In this document: positions 1 to 11,590 of the stretch, one piece after another
Position numbering within the stretch: position 1 is the first letter of the stretch
Layout of the letters: the number at the start of each line of letters is the position of its first letter
NCBI GenBank assembly: GCA_951406725.2
Contig: OX597830.1
Coordinates: 37,634,001-37,698,000, forward strand
Source of the DNA: Octopus vulgaris
Lineage: Eukaryota
DNA: 64,000 nt
Reading direction: 5' to 3'
Notes under the pieces: model-generated
What the model was told of the DNA's origin: nothing
Seen by the model: only the letters and a program-made list of their open reading frames with translations
Database searches by the model: none
Position numbers and translations under genes: made by a program

Positions 1-141
1 CACACACATGCATACACACATGTATATAAGAAATAAGGACAAACGTATGTTTATATTATTGTTCCTATGCATGTTTCACAATCATGGTCTCTCTTATATT
101 CACTGCGTACTTCATAACTTGTATGAACTCTCTCTCTTTCT

Positions 142-533
142 CTCTCTTTTACTTGTTTCAGTCATTAGACTGCGGCCATGCTGGAGCACCGCCTATAATC
201 GAGCAAATCGACCCCCAGGACTTATTCTTAGTAAGCCTAGTACTTATTCTATCGGCCTCTTTTGCCGAACCGCTAAGTTACGGGCACATAAACACACCAG
301 CATCGGTTGTCAAGTGATGGTGGGGGGACAAACACAGACACACAAACACACATATATATATACATATACACGACAGGCTTCTTTCAGTTTCCGTCTACCA
401 AATCCACTCACAAGGTTTTGGTCGGCCCGAGGCTATAGTAGAAAACACTTGCCCAAAGTGCCACACAGTGGGATTGAACCCACAACCATGTGGTTGGTAA
501 GCAAGCTACTTACCACACAGCCACTCCTGCGCC
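142..533 (-). mobile_element. tRNA-derived SINE, family A (near full length, internal CA/TA microsatellite)
   Basis: Minus strand reads GGCGCAGGAGTGGCTGTGTGGTAAG (A-box-like) ... GGTTCAATCCC (B-box-like) ... GGGCAAGTG; many homologous copies in the window (e.g. 24808, 43238, 54915). Confidence 0.85.
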
Positions 534-671
534 TATTGCGCCTACATACTAATCATTATAAAAGTTGCGTAACAAATGTAGAGAAAGCAACACGGGTTAT
601 TATAATACGCGGAAAACTATAAGTATAGCTGTAGTTATCATGCATCTGTTTTTACCCATAATTTCTACTTG

Positions 672-717
672 ATAGATAGATATATAGATAGATACACAGA
701 TAGATAGATGGATGGAT

Positions 718-748
<31 letters not shown>

Positions 749-841
749 TAGACATATATATAGATAGATACATAGATAGCTAGATCGATGGATATATAGA
801 TATATAGATGGATAGATAGATACATGGATAAATAGATAGAC

Positions 842-919
<78 letters not shown>

Positions 920-939
920 ATAGATAGACAGACAGATAT

Positions 940-990
<51 letters not shown>

Positions 991-998
991 CATAGATA
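672..998. repeat. Compound microsatellite (GATA)n/(TA)n/(GA)n
   Basis: Directly visible. Confidence 0.95.
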
Positions 999-2989
999 AG
1001 TCCTAACTTCTAGCAGTTCCGTTCACCAAAACTGATTAAATCCATCGAAATGTTCTTTTGAATCAAGATGTTTTTGTGAACAGCATGTAATATACGAACA
1101 TTTCCTTTGTATTTACAATGGCGAAAATCAATTGTTTTAATGTCAGTTGTAGATTGCAATTATCTCTCTTTTAAAATACACAACTTAATGTTGATTGAGG
1201 TAACTATATTATTGACTTGAAATTAATTCTTTGTGAACATAAAATGATAGTAAAGTTCTAAAGAGTCAGTCGATTAAATTATTTAAAATGAAAATTACAA
1301 AAAAAAAATTAAAATAAACAAGAACAATGAACTGGATCTTCAAATTTAAACTTTATGCTGGCTGAACGTATAATCAAAGGAATGTCTAAAGAGCATAAAG
1401 AATGCGCTGAGCAAAAATTGTATCTTTTCGCAAGTGAAATATGTAATTATTTGGCAAAAGAGAAAATTGTGAAGCCTATTTAATTCACTGTATTTCCGAC
1501 AGCGGTGTTCAGGAAAATGTGTCACGAAGACATCAGTTTAATGGCATTCAATTTAATGCTGTTTTCCGTCGCTTTCTCGCTATTCATGCTATGAAACAAA
1601 AGCTAAATTATACATTGTCTGTATTGTTCTTACGATGCTTATTGGAACTATACGCATTCGTTCGAACTGCTAGAAATAACTACCAAACATTCTTTAAACC
1701 ACGCACTACCGTCTAGAAAATTGGCAAGGTGTACCTACACTAAGAATAATATAGGAACATCTAGACTTAAATATTTTTGTTCATAGGTCTGATCAACTAG
1801 GATTGATATCGGATTGTGCAACGGATACAACGGCACAAAACGTCGAGTATTGCTTATGCATGAGCAAATCAAATAGAATATAGTTAACTTGGATTGTATT
1901 CTGTTGTTTTCGTCTACGTTGAGAGAAAAGACTTTAAATTTTGATTCTATGATTTTAAAAACTCTTCGAATTTGTGGACCTACGATGAAACATGGAGGAT
2001 ATTGATGAAAATATCTCACCATCGTATACTGGATATAGATGTAACAGTAACTAAAGCTGTATTAGAGTTGTATTTTGGTTTTGCTTTAATTTATCTTGGT
2101 ACAGAAACATAGAGGTTTCAGCGACACACCGCCTTAATCACGCGTCCAGATGCGGGATATTTTTAACTATATCGTTATGACTTCAGTAAATTTTTATGAC
2201 TTCGGGAGATTTCCGTATAATTCAACTACTGAAATATTAAACACAGTAAAACCTATTAATGGAGAGTTGTATATATTAAATATAACTATCAGACTTACGT
2301 TTTGTACGCTGCTAGCAAGGTTTTATTTTTTAGAAATAATATTAATTAACAAGGTCGAAATGATATTTGCACCATTACGTGATAGACGCAGTTAATGCCG
2401 TTGATGTTCAGTTTCAACAGCTGTATAGCAACATCTGGACGATAGACATGAGTCGAGATAAGTAATGAACATATGGGCTCCAGCTGGTTTTGTTAGCGGA
2501 TGTGAAAAAAATGAGGTGTGTAACGCGGGGAAGGATGAAGGAAGGTTTTACAAATACAGCGAGTTTCAAAAGTGTACAGGCCGACCGTTTTAGCAGTGAC
2601 AGGAGAGAATATCTTGGTAGCACCGTCACAAATTTAAGAATAATATTTTAATATAGATCACGTACGTGTTCAGTACAGAATCATGAACTGATAGCAACTG
2701 TTGTAGGTTACTAGCCAATATAAGGTGTATATCGTTGTAGGTTGCTAGATATTGTTTGGGTATTGTTTGGGATGCAGCTATTGTAATATGAGATTGGCAG
2801 CCGACATCATTAGAGACTGAATACCAGCTGTTTAAAGACCGTAAAAACTTACACTCATGTCATGTTGCCATTAAAAATGTGTACTGATGAAACGAGCGGG
2901 ACTCCCATGTATTAAGTGCAATGTTTCAAGAGTTGAATACTGATGAATTGATGTATCTATACGGTTCTATATTTAAGAGATGAGGAATT

Positions 2990-3142
2990 ATGTACATTTT
3001 TTACATTATTTATATTTGACGGATATTTGTCCTCACGTTGTTTGTTGTTAACACAACGTTTCGGTTGGTATACCCTCCAGCCTTCATCAGGTGTCTTGGG
3101 GAAATTTCGATCCTGGGTATTTATTCCTAAGGTAGTGCTCGA

Positions 3143-3146
<4 letters not shown>
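2990..3146 (-). mobile_element. Hammerhead-containing repeat tail (family H1), following an (AAT)n tract
   Basis: Homologous to 8681-8833 (+); both start AACATCGA immediately after (AAT)n. Confidence 0.8.
3050..3095 (-). ncRNA. Minimal type-I hammerhead ribozyme motif
   Basis: Minus: GACAC-CTGATGA-A-GGCTGG-AGGGTATA-CCAACC-GAAA-CG-TT-GTGTT; stem I GACAC/GTGTT, stem II GGCTGG/CCAACC (one mismatch), palindromic AACGTT at stem III. Confidence 0.75.
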
Positions 3147-3240
<94 letters not shown>

Positions 3241-3243
3241 CTT

Positions 3244-3275
<32 letters not shown>
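3145..3275. repeat. (TTA)n microsatellite abutting the 3' end of the R4/Dong element
   Basis: Directly visible. Confidence 0.95.
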
Positions 3276-3276
<1 letters not shown>

Positions 3277-6200
3277 TATGTTTGACTTTTGCTTTATATT
3301 TGTACAAGTTGGCTCCAAGTCTCACCCAGAGACCTCAAGAGACAACAGGGTTGGAAGTTCATGTTGTTGTTATGCCTAGTGTGCCATATATTTGGGGGGT
3401 GGGGATGTTGTACTAATGAATGTCTAAAAAAAAAAAAAAAAAAAGGTTTTTTTTTTTTGGTTTTTTTTTTAAACCGAAAATTATGTTTGTTTTAAACCTT
3501 GAGATTACATAGAGAGTATTTTGCGTAGGATATGAGCAGTTCCCATGAGCACTATCTTTTGAACTTCTGCCATTTTTGGGTTTCCTGGTATCTGAGTTAG
3601 GTAGCTATCAGCCCCTTTTGCTATCATTCCCAGGGCACCTATGACAACAGGTATTGTTTTAGTCTTCAGCTTCCACATTTTGCTGATTTCTATTTCAAGA
3701 TCTTTATATTTGCTCAGTTTTTGGTAGGTCTTGACAGATACGTTTATATCGATTGGGACAGTCATATCAATGAGGAGGCATGTTCTTTGTTTGAAGTTTT
3801 TCAATATGATGTCTGGCCTATTTGCATCTATCTTCCGGTCAGTTTGAATGGTGAAGTTCCAGAGGAGTGAGATGTGGTCATTTTCAAGCACTGGGGGTGG
3901 TTTGTGTTCCCACCAGTTTTTTTCATGGGGCAAATCCAGGTTTTTACAGATTACCCAGTGAATATATTGTGCAGCTCTATCGTGCCTGTTGAGATACTCT
4001 GTAGGCGCTAGAAGACTGCACTTGGAGACCACATGGTCAATGGTTTCATTTTGTTGCTTGCATACACGACACGTTGGACTGCTTCTGATCTTTAATATGT
4101 TGGCCTGGTAGTTTCTTGTTGGTAGGCATTGATCTTGAGCTGCTATGATAAACCCCTCTGTTTCAGATTTTAAGCCAGAGGCCATTAGCCATTGATGGGT
4201 CAGGGCTTTGTCGATATCTGCATTATTCGCTCTCTTTGGGTATTTGCCATAGAGAGGTTTTTCTTGCCATTTATTATTCAGAATATCTAAGGCCGCAGTT
4301 TTGGCACGGGTTTTCATGCGCCTAGCTTTTTCTGTGCTTGTTTCTTGTATATCTATCTCCGAAATTGGTTGTATTCGGAATTCACTTAGATATTCCTTTG
4401 CCTGTTTTGTGACTGAGTATGATGCTTTCTTGTTTTCATGTTTTGAGACAAGTTTTAGCATCCAGTCCTCAGAGTTTTTCAGGTAGGTGTCTAGGCCAAT
4501 TGTAGCAATCTTCATTGTTATTGCCAGTTGCAAAAGACCACGGCCTCCCTCTTTTCTTGGCAGATAGAGTCGTTCTGTATCTGCCTTAGGGTGGTGCATT
4601 CTATGCATTGTCAACAGTTTCCTTATTTTTCTGTCGAGCTGACATATTTCAGTAATTGACCAGTTAACAATATTGAAACTGTAAGTCACGACTGGTATAG
4701 CTAATGCATTGATTGCTTCGATCCTGTTTCTTGCATTCAGCTCTGTCTTGAGTATTGCTCTCACTCTTCGATAGCATTCTCTCCTGATCCTTTCCTTCAT
4801 CTCTGAATGCCTTATTCCGTTCCCTTCAATTATCCCTAGGTACTTGTAGCTCTCCGCTGGGTCTAGTTCTTTTATGACATTCTGTTGGTCAAGGTTAACG
4901 TTAGATGTTTCTGTCATTTTTCCTTTGATAAAGGTAGCCTTTGCACATTTATCGAGGCCGAATTGCATTCTGATGTCGTCACTGAATTGTTTGACTATCG
5001 CTAGTAAGCCCTTGAGTTGTTGATCATTTTTTGCAAAAAGCTTTAAATCATCCATGTAAACGAGATGATTTATATTTTTATCAAACATTTTATACCCGTA
5101 CTGCGCGTCATTGAGCAGCTTTGAGAGAGGTATTAAGGATAAACAAAAGAGGAGTGGTGACAGTGAGTCACCCTGGAAAATGCCACACGAAATTTTTACA
5201 TCACCAGCATTTAGGAATTCACTGTCACTGTTCAGAGTTAGTGTGGTTCTCCATGATCTCATACTTACAGTCAAGAAGTTTCGCAGAGTTGGTGCTATCT
5301 TATACATTTCAAGGCATTTTCTAATCCAGCTATGTGGTAGGCTATCAAAAGCCTTTTTATAGTCTATCCAGGCTATTGATAAGTTTTTGTGTCGTTTGTG
5401 ACAATCTTCTAAGATCATCTTATTGATGAGTAGTTGGTCTTTACAGCCGTAGGATCCACGTTTACATCCTTTCTGTTCATTAGGGAATATGCTGCTGTCT
5501 GTTAAAAAACTATAGGTATATTCCGTCAGGACAGATGTTAGTGTTTTGTACATAGTTGTTAAGCAAGTTATGGGTCTATAGTTTTTTGGTTCATTTGTTT
5601 CTTCACTTTTTGGAAGCAGGAATGTTAACCCATTAACTAGCCAAGGAGGCATCCTACTAGGGTGTTGCAAAACATCATTGTACAGTTCTGTTAGCAGTTC
5701 ATGGCTCTCTGGGAAGGCATTCAGCCAGAAGTTAGGAATTTTATCCTTTCCTGGAGACTTCCATTTGCTTGACCTCCTGAGAGCAGATCTTATATCTTCT
5801 ACCTTGACACCCTCCCACTTTTGCTCTTCTAAGGGGTCCAGTTCTGTAGATATTCTGTCAATCCAGGGGGCCTTTTCGTTGTGTGTTTTTTCTTCTGCCC
5901 AGATTTTATTCCAAAATCTCTGCACTTCTTCTTTTGATGGTACAGACCCTGCAGTAAACGCTGTTTTTCCTATCTTCCGGTAAAAATTCTTGGTGTTATT
6001 TTTGAACATGTTGTTGTCCTTGAAAAATCTAACACGCTTTTCATACCTCGCTATGCGGGCAGCTTTGGCAGATACCTTTTGTTTGATGGTTTCTATGGTG
6101 GCATCAATATCAAGTATAGTTTTCATATTGTATTTTTTCAGTAATTTTTGGGTTTTTGTAGGTTTGGTAATCTTGTGAGCCTTAAGGTTTTTCAAATATT

Positions 6201-8226
6201 CAATGTCAGATCTAAATATTTTAATTTGTTGTTGCAGACGCTCTTGCCAAGAAGGCTTTTTGTGGGACTGTTGCCGTTTTCTAATCTTTACACCACATAA
6301 GATCGTTGAGATTTTCGCGGATGCATAGTATAGGTGGTTGAGGTTTGTGATATCAACATCATTAACTGAAATTATATCCTTAAGTGCAAGCCGGATTTTA
6401 CCAATTATTTTCATGTTTTGGTTAGAGTTGCGGATTTTAGGAAGTGTATCACGCTCATCCATGCTGGTTTCTTTAATTTTCAGCCATTCAATCATGATTT
6501 GATTTTTTAGCTCATGTAGTTCTGTTGGGTCAATATTTGTGTGACTTTCTTTATCTATTTGATGCTCATCTGTCTTAGTGTTTATGATTGGTTCAGGGCG
6601 TATTTCACTTTGCCTATCACTTATACTAACTCTTTCAATCCTCTCTTCGTTTTTATCCGCCCTGGGCTGGTCTATAATCATTTCCTCTGTATTATCTTCT
6701 CTAGCTGCAGCTTCGTTCATTTTATCCGATATTGCTTGTCTAACCTGATCAATCTCTACTTCAGTCAGTAATTTCTTTTTTATAATGTTTCTTCTAACAT
6801 TGGCAAGCTTGTTACTGTCTATGTAGGGTCTTACTTCAGGGTGTTTCTGTCTCCAGTTTAAGTATGCTTGTACAGTGCTAGACTTATCTGTGGGGAAATA
6901 TATGGCATGGTAGAAGGCCTCAAGAACTTCTTTATTATCTTCCCTAGACCATTTTTCCTTCTTTTTCTTTTGATTATTTGGTGATGAGCATGGATGGCCA
7001 TCTGTTGGAATATTCCGGTTGTGGGGTTCGTCCAGCTCCTGTGTGTTGGGAAGATTTGATCCAGTAACTGATTTTTCAATCAGGATTTGGTTCAATTTTC
7101 GGGTACGTGGTCTTTTGTAATCCGCGCAATGACCAATGCGGTTTATTGTTTGATTTGTTGACCTTGAAGCATGACGAGCATCCATTCTTATATTAGGAGA
7201 TGGATCTGTCAGTTTAGGGTTCACTACGTGTAAGCATTGCTCATAGCGCCGCTTCTTAAGACTAGCAGATCTATATTCGTCTGTATTTTTTTTGTTGATA
7301 GTTTTATCTCCGGACATTTTTTTTTTTTTTTTTTTCCTTTCCTCCTCTTCCTTTCTTCAAGGCTTACTGTGTCTGTATTAGTTCGAAATAATGAGAATAA
7401 AATACGGAGAAGGAAACGAAAAGAAAGGGAAAAAGACGGGATCTGTCAGTTATTATTGTTATTACTATCATCTTCACCACCATCACCATCATCAGCAACA
7501 TCACCATCACCATCATCATCTTCAATGACATTGTTTTATGTGTAGCCACAGCCACCATCAACACTCCATTGTGTTGGAGAATGGGTGGTTAAAGAATTCA
7601 TGTTCTTTGGGTCTATAAATAGCCACGGTAGATGGAGACAAAGGACGTTAATGGTCAGTAAAAGGTCAAACCTGTTTACGTTTATTTATTTATTTATTTT
7701 TTTTTTTCCTTTCTCTTTTCTTCTTCACCACATGCATATGTATATGTATATATATGTATATTCACTCACACATATTATCTGATGTTTTCGTCGAAGATTT
7801 TTTTTTCTTTTTTAAATAACTTTCTGAGTTCAATGTTATGTATATATTTTTAAATTTCTGAATTCAGTTGTATGTATATAGTAGTAGGTGCTTAATTCCA
7901 TAACTTTTTATCGTGCATTTAATTGTGTTGTTACAATAAAAGGTAATTTAAAAGGCAATTTTACACATTCTTATAGTCATGAGAGACGACTAAATGTAAA
8001 TGTTCACACAGAATTGGAGATATTTATGTTTCTAATTTTTCTTGTTAGGTGTACGTTTGTATGAGCTGTAGATATGTAAGTTTTTTTTTACTTATTTTGA
8101 GGGTAATTCAAATTACTTACAGTAAACAGTAGATCTTCCAGTTTTCTACAGTTGACCTGCTGGGTTCGCTGTTGCCAGTTCAGAGCATCGTAAAAATACG
8201 TCCATCCTCTGTCACGTCCAGCCGCC
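3276..8226 (-). mobile_element. R4/Dong-clade non-LTR retrotransposon, probably full length (5' boundary inferred)
   Basis: Single RT-RLE ORF; ~230-bp 3' UTR ending directly in (AAT)n at 3275; next pure (AAT)n tract upstream at 8227-8285 taken as the 5' limit. Confidence 0.7.
3505..7317 (-). CDS. Non-LTR retrotransposon polyprotein: reverse transcriptase + CCHC zinc knuckle + restriction-like endonuclease (R4/Dong type), 1270 aa, uninterrupted
   Basis: RT motifs KSPGKD, NYRPITCL, WIDYKKAFDS, GIFQGDSLSPLLF, YMDD, YKYLG; CRVCKQQNETIDHVVSKC; RHD; RPDIIL..LLIDMTVP..KLSKYKDL; N-terminal KWSREDNKEVLEAFY typical of R4/Dong. Confidence 0.95.
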   Translation of the reverse strand: MSGDKTINKKNTDEYRSASLKKRRYEQCLHVVNPKLTDPSPNIRMDARHASRSTNQTINRIGHCADYKRPRTRKLNQILIEKSVTGSNLPNTQELDEPHNRNIPTDGHPCSSPNNQKKKKEKWSREDNKEVLEAFYHAIYFPTDKSSTVQAYLNWRQKHPEVRPYIDSNKLANVRRNIIKKKLLTEVEIDQVRQAISDKMNEAAAREDNTEEMIIDQPRADKNEERIERVSISDRQSEIRPEPIINTKTDEHQIDKESHTNIDPTELHELKNQIMIEWLKIKETSMDERDTLPKIRNSNQNMKIIGKIRLALKDIISVNDVDITNLNHLYYASAKISTILCGVKIRKRQQSHKKPSWQERLQQQIKIFRSDIEYLKNLKAHKITKPTKTQKLLKKYNMKTILDIDATIETIKQKVSAKAARIARYEKRVRFFKDNNMFKNNTKNFYRKIGKTAFTAGSVPSKEEVQRFWNKIWAEEKTHNEKAPWIDRISTELDPLEEQKWEGVKVEDIRSALRRSSKWKSPGKDKIPNFWLNAFPESHELLTELYNDVLQHPSRMPPWLVNGLTFLLPKSEETNEPKNYRPITCLTTMYKTLTSVLTEYTYSFLTDSSIFPNEQKGCKRGSYGCKDQLLINKMILEDCHKRHKNLSIAWIDYKKAFDSLPHSWIRKCLEMYKIAPTLRNFLTVSMRSWRTTLTLNSDSEFLNAGDVKISCGIFQGDSLSPLLFCLSLIPLSKLLNDAQYGYKMFDKNINHLVYMDDLKLFAKNDQQLKGLLAIVKQFSDDIRMQFGLDKCAKATFIKGKMTETSNVNLDQQNVIKELDPAESYKYLGIIEGNGIRHSEMKERIRRECYRRVRAILKTELNARNRIEAINALAIPVVTYSFNIVNWSITEICQLDRKIRKLLTMHRMHHPKADTERLYLPRKEGGRGLLQLAITMKIATIGLDTYLKNSEDWMLKLVSKHENKKASYSVTKQAKEYLSEFRIQPISEIDIQETSTEKARRMKTRAKTAALDILNNKWQEKPLYGKYPKRANNADIDKALTHQWLMASGLKSETEGFIIAAQDQCLPTRNYQANILKIRSSPTCRVCKQQNETIDHVVSKCSLLAPTEYLNRHDRAAQYIHWVICKNLDLPHEKNWWEHKPPPVLENDHISLLWNFTIQTDRKIDANRPDIILKNFKQRTCLLIDMTVPIDINVSVKTYQKLSKYKDLEIEISKMWKLKTKTIPVVIGALGMIAKGADSYLTQIPGNPKMAEVQKIVLMGTAHILRKILSM

Positions 8227-8285
<59 letters not shown>
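8227..8285. repeat. (TTA)n microsatellite
   Basis: Directly visible. Confidence 0.95.
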
Positions 8286-8286
<1 letters not shown>

Positions 8287-8358
8287 GGGTTACTGCCTGG
8301 AATCGAACTCGGTATCTTGGGGTTAGTAGCCCGCGCTCTTAACCACTACGCCATATGC
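8286..8358 (-). mobile_element. tRNA-like SINE head (Pol III A and B boxes) running into (AAT)n
   Basis: Minus: GCATATGGCGTAGTGGTTAAGAGCGCGGGCTACTAACCCCAAGATACCGAGTTCGATTCCAGGCAGTAACCCG; A box TGGCGTAGTGG, B box GAGTTCGATTCC; no good acceptor stem. Confidence 0.75.
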
Positions 8359-8488
8359 TAGGACACAACAACCTCCTAAGCAGACCGAGTGCAGATATGA
8401 ATAGCATATGGGATAAGGTATTAAGGAAGGATAGGAAAACATTAGATTTATAAGCCCTAAAATTCACTTCACAATTGCCCGCTGGCTG

Positions 8489-8618
8489 AATAATAATAAC
8501 AATAACAATAACAACTACAACAACAACAACAACAGGAACAACAAGAATAACAAGAACAACTGGAACAACAACAACAACAACAGTAATAATAATGATAATA
8601 ATAATAATAATAATAATG

Positions 8619-8680
<62 letters not shown>
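8489..8680. repeat. (AAC)n/(AAT)n microsatellite
   Basis: Directly visible. Confidence 0.95.
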
Positions 8681-8684
<4 letters not shown>

Positions 8685-8833
8685 TCGAACAATACCTTAG
8701 GAATGGGAACCCAGGTTAGAAATTTCCCGAAGACAGCTGATGATGGCTGGAGGGTAAATCAGCCGAAAAGTTGTGTTAACAACAAACAAGATGCGGACAA
8801 ATATCCGTCAAATGTAAATAATGTAAATAATGT
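8681..8833 (+). mobile_element. Second H1 tail with hammerhead motif at 8732-8777 (stem I and III substitutions)
   Basis: GACAG-CTGATGA-T-GGCTG-GAGGGTAAAT-CAGCC-GAAA-AG-TT-GTGTT; inverted homologue of 2990-3146. Confidence 0.75.
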
Positions 8834-9419
8834 TGATGTATCTATATTTGAAGTAATGTACAGTATCTAGAGTTGAAGTGCAAGTTTGAAGTGATGCATG
8901 TAGGTAACACGTAGAGCACTGTGAGGAATGTAGTGAGATTTAAGTATGATAGCATAAGTATATGATTCAAAATTGCTGGAAGTGTGTACGCGACAACAAA
9001 AGCTTTCAGTGTGAGGGATGAGAGATGGATGGATTATACAAATCAGCATATATGTTCTCAAAGAAAAAATATACATAAACACGTATTCCGTCTATTAATT
9101 TGACATTATAGAATCTGATTCAACATGGTCTCCACCTTCCAGCTAAATTATAGATAGATATTCGATGCTACATATATCCTAATGCTTCTAAGCTTCTAAA
9201 GAAATATAATAGATTTCATATCGGATATTCAAGCTTCAGAAAACTTTCAAGATGATGATTACAGAAAAAAATATAGCATGTCCAATAATCTAAGATATCC
9301 TTTCAAAGTTAATGCATGGTAAGTATATGAATGCATGCAATACTTCCTTGATATCTCAATTTGTATTTTTTGCAATCAATTATTTGAGATGATGGACTGA
9401 GTTGACACAGCATATTATT

Positions 9420-9600
9420 GGTTTCAAACTTTGTCACAAGACCAGCGATTTCGGGAGAGGGCTAAGTCGATTACATCGACTCCAGTGCTCGTTTGGTACA
9501 TATATTTTGCCTCCCAAAGGACGAAAGGGATAGTCGACACCAAAGGCATTTGAACTCAGAAAGAAAAGACGGACAAAATGCCGCGAGATATTTTACTTGT
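9420..9600 (-). mobile_element. SINE family B, degenerate
   Basis: Contains AAGTCGATTACATCGAC and TTTGAACTCAGAA shared with copies at 28020, 35715, 58145. Confidence 0.7.
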
Positions 9601-10016
9601 TTCCCTAAGGATTTTACTAGCTCTTCGCCTTGATAAAACATAAAAGCAGCTGAATAAAATATTTATTGAGAACTTCAAACATTTAGGCTGATTTGAAACG
9701 GCAAATAAAAGCAAACTGAAACTATGTGTTAAACGATTTCTACTCACGTTTGCCATTCACATAACATTATACCTAAGTTAATATGGCGGTGAGCTGGCAG
9801 AAACTTTAGCAGGCCGAGCGAAATGCTTAGCAGTACTTCGTCTGTTTTTTTTTCTGTCTTTTTTTTTTTGCTTTCTTTGCTTTCTTTTATTCCTAATTTA
9901 TCTTCACAGTTATATTCTCCCCTGAAACTGTGCTCTCTAAGCATTCTGACCGAATCTTCCATGTATTAACGTTGGTCTCCAAACGACAATGTATACTGCA
10001 TTCGATCAAGATGCTC

Positions 10017-10105
10017 TTGGCCTGAAGAGTAGCCTTCAGTTTAGACCTCGCTTAGATATTTATCACTTCCGAGGTTCCGCTCGCTACGAAACATACGTAG
10101 CCCAA
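10017..10105 (+). ncRNA. Type-I hammerhead ribozyme motif with extended stem II
   Basis: TTGGC-CTGAAGA-GTAGC ... (inner ACCTCG/CGAGGT helix) ... GCTAC-GAAA-CATACG-TA-GCCCAA. Confidence 0.65.
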
Positions 10106-10336
10106 ATTTTATTTACTACATACCTTAACCTTTGGGTTTTGTTCATATACCTGGCAACCATGGCTATCAACCGTGAAATAAAAAATAATTTCTTTCGGCC
10201 TATTGTACTTCGTTACGGAAAGGTTCTGGGTCAATAAACAACTATTGTACTTGAGAGATTTTTTAAATATTTTCTACGGATTGCTTGAAGTTCACTTTCT
10301 TTTTACACCACGATACACACACACACACACACACAC

Positions 10337-10372
<36 letters not shown>

Positions 10373-10379
10373 TCAAAAT

Positions 10380-10585
10380 GTGAACGCGTGTGTACCGTTG
10401 GCGATTTTTTTTCCCCCGTCTTCCCGTCTCTGGATCTTTCCTTTTCATATATTTCTGACGAAGAGCTCCGCTCGAAATGTGATACCCTCCTTCTTCCCTT
10501 CCTTCTTGAGCGTCCAATAATACTACATTTGTTCCACGTCCTCGCGTTGTTGTGTTTTCTCTTTGTGTTTACATGTTTGGATTAA
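10380..10585 (+). mobile_element. Short repeat family H2 with minimal hammerhead motif (CTGACGA-A-GAGC-TCC-GCTC-GAAA at ~10455-10477)
   Basis: Homologous copies at 29059-29185, 30222-30420 and 44768-44930 (-); each flanked by TA/TATC microsatellites. Confidence 0.75.
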
Positions 10586-10628
<43 letters not shown>

Positions 10629-10671
10629 TATATACATATGTATATATGTGTGTGTGTGTATCCCGTTAATT

Positions 10672-10870
10672 GTTTCAGTCATTAGACTGCGGCCATGCTG
10701 GAGCACCACATTTAATAGAACTAATCGACACCAGGACTTATTCTTTTTAAGCCCAGTTCTTATTCTAGTCGTCGTTTTAGCCGAATCACTACGTTGCGGG
10801 GACGGAAACACACCAACACCGGTTGTCAAGAGATGGTGGGGGCAAACGCAGACACAAATACATATATACA
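10672..10870 (-). mobile_element. SINE family A, 3' half
   Basis: TTTCAGTCATTAGACTGCGGCCATGCTGGAGCACC matches 155-190. Confidence 0.8.
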
Positions 10871-10940
10871 TGTAAATATATGTCTAGAGTGTATACACTC
10901 ACACGTATATGAGCTTATGTACGTTAGTACACTTATATGC

Positions 10941-11015
<75 letters not shown>

Positions 11016-11175
11016 GGAGTAAACATGAAACAAGGTAAATGTGAAACAATGTGGAAAAAATGGTACTCAAATACCAGGGGTAGAGTAATATGCTTTATTT
11101 AAAAGAATGGGAACGTGAAACTCAGAGTAACAGGTTTTGTTGAATTTTCTGCTGCTTTTAAATACAGTATATATA

Positions 11176-11590
11176 TATTATTATTATGGCTGCCCCCTCG
11201 TTATCGAGTATGGTCATTGCACGAAGCTTAACTGCTACTGGTGCTGTGACTTTTTAGCCCAGCTAAAGATCTTCAATTTTTTGTGCAAAATTGGCAACAA
11301 AAACCTTTACTGGTAATAGTCAGCTGTAGCTGTAACTGGGCTTCATGTACCTTTGCATGTCGTTTAAGTCCTCCTGCCGAATTACACTCTCTTCCACATG
11401 CCCGACAGACATGATTAGTATGGTGTGTTACACCACCACCAGTGGCCAGGTTGTCACTCATCTGTCTCGTTTCGTGACTACGAAGATGACTCATGAGTCC
11501 GGCCTTACTGAGGCAGGGTCTTGCATAGACATTGCATGTCAGAGTCAAAGGAAGGCCCTTCCCTTCTGGAAGTATAACAGATATTAGATA
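11176..11590 (-). mobile_element. RTE-clade LINE 3' fragment with C2H2-type zinc-finger C-terminus
   Basis: ORF 11273-11548: CNVYARPCLSKAGLMSHLRSH and CRACGRECNSAGGLKRHAKVH, the pattern found at RTE/BovB ORF ends; followed by a short hairpin-like UTR and a (TAA) tail. Confidence 0.7.

Noticed and set aside
8-622. 204-aa ORF and similar ORFs ending ...RLPNPLTR.WSARGYSRRHLPKVP
   Set aside because: Antisense translations of SINE family A; the recurrence reflects the repeat, not a gene family.
2884-2948. Two CTGATGA motifs
   Set aside because: No matching GAAA and stems could be built.
8286-8358. Functional tRNA-Ser(ACT) gene
   Set aside because: No convincing acceptor stem, atypical anticodon, runs into (AAT)n without a T-run terminator; treated as a SINE head.
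11273-11548. Host C2H2 zinc-finger gene exon
   Set aside because: No TGEKP linkers, first finger defective, followed by an RTE-like UTR and tail.
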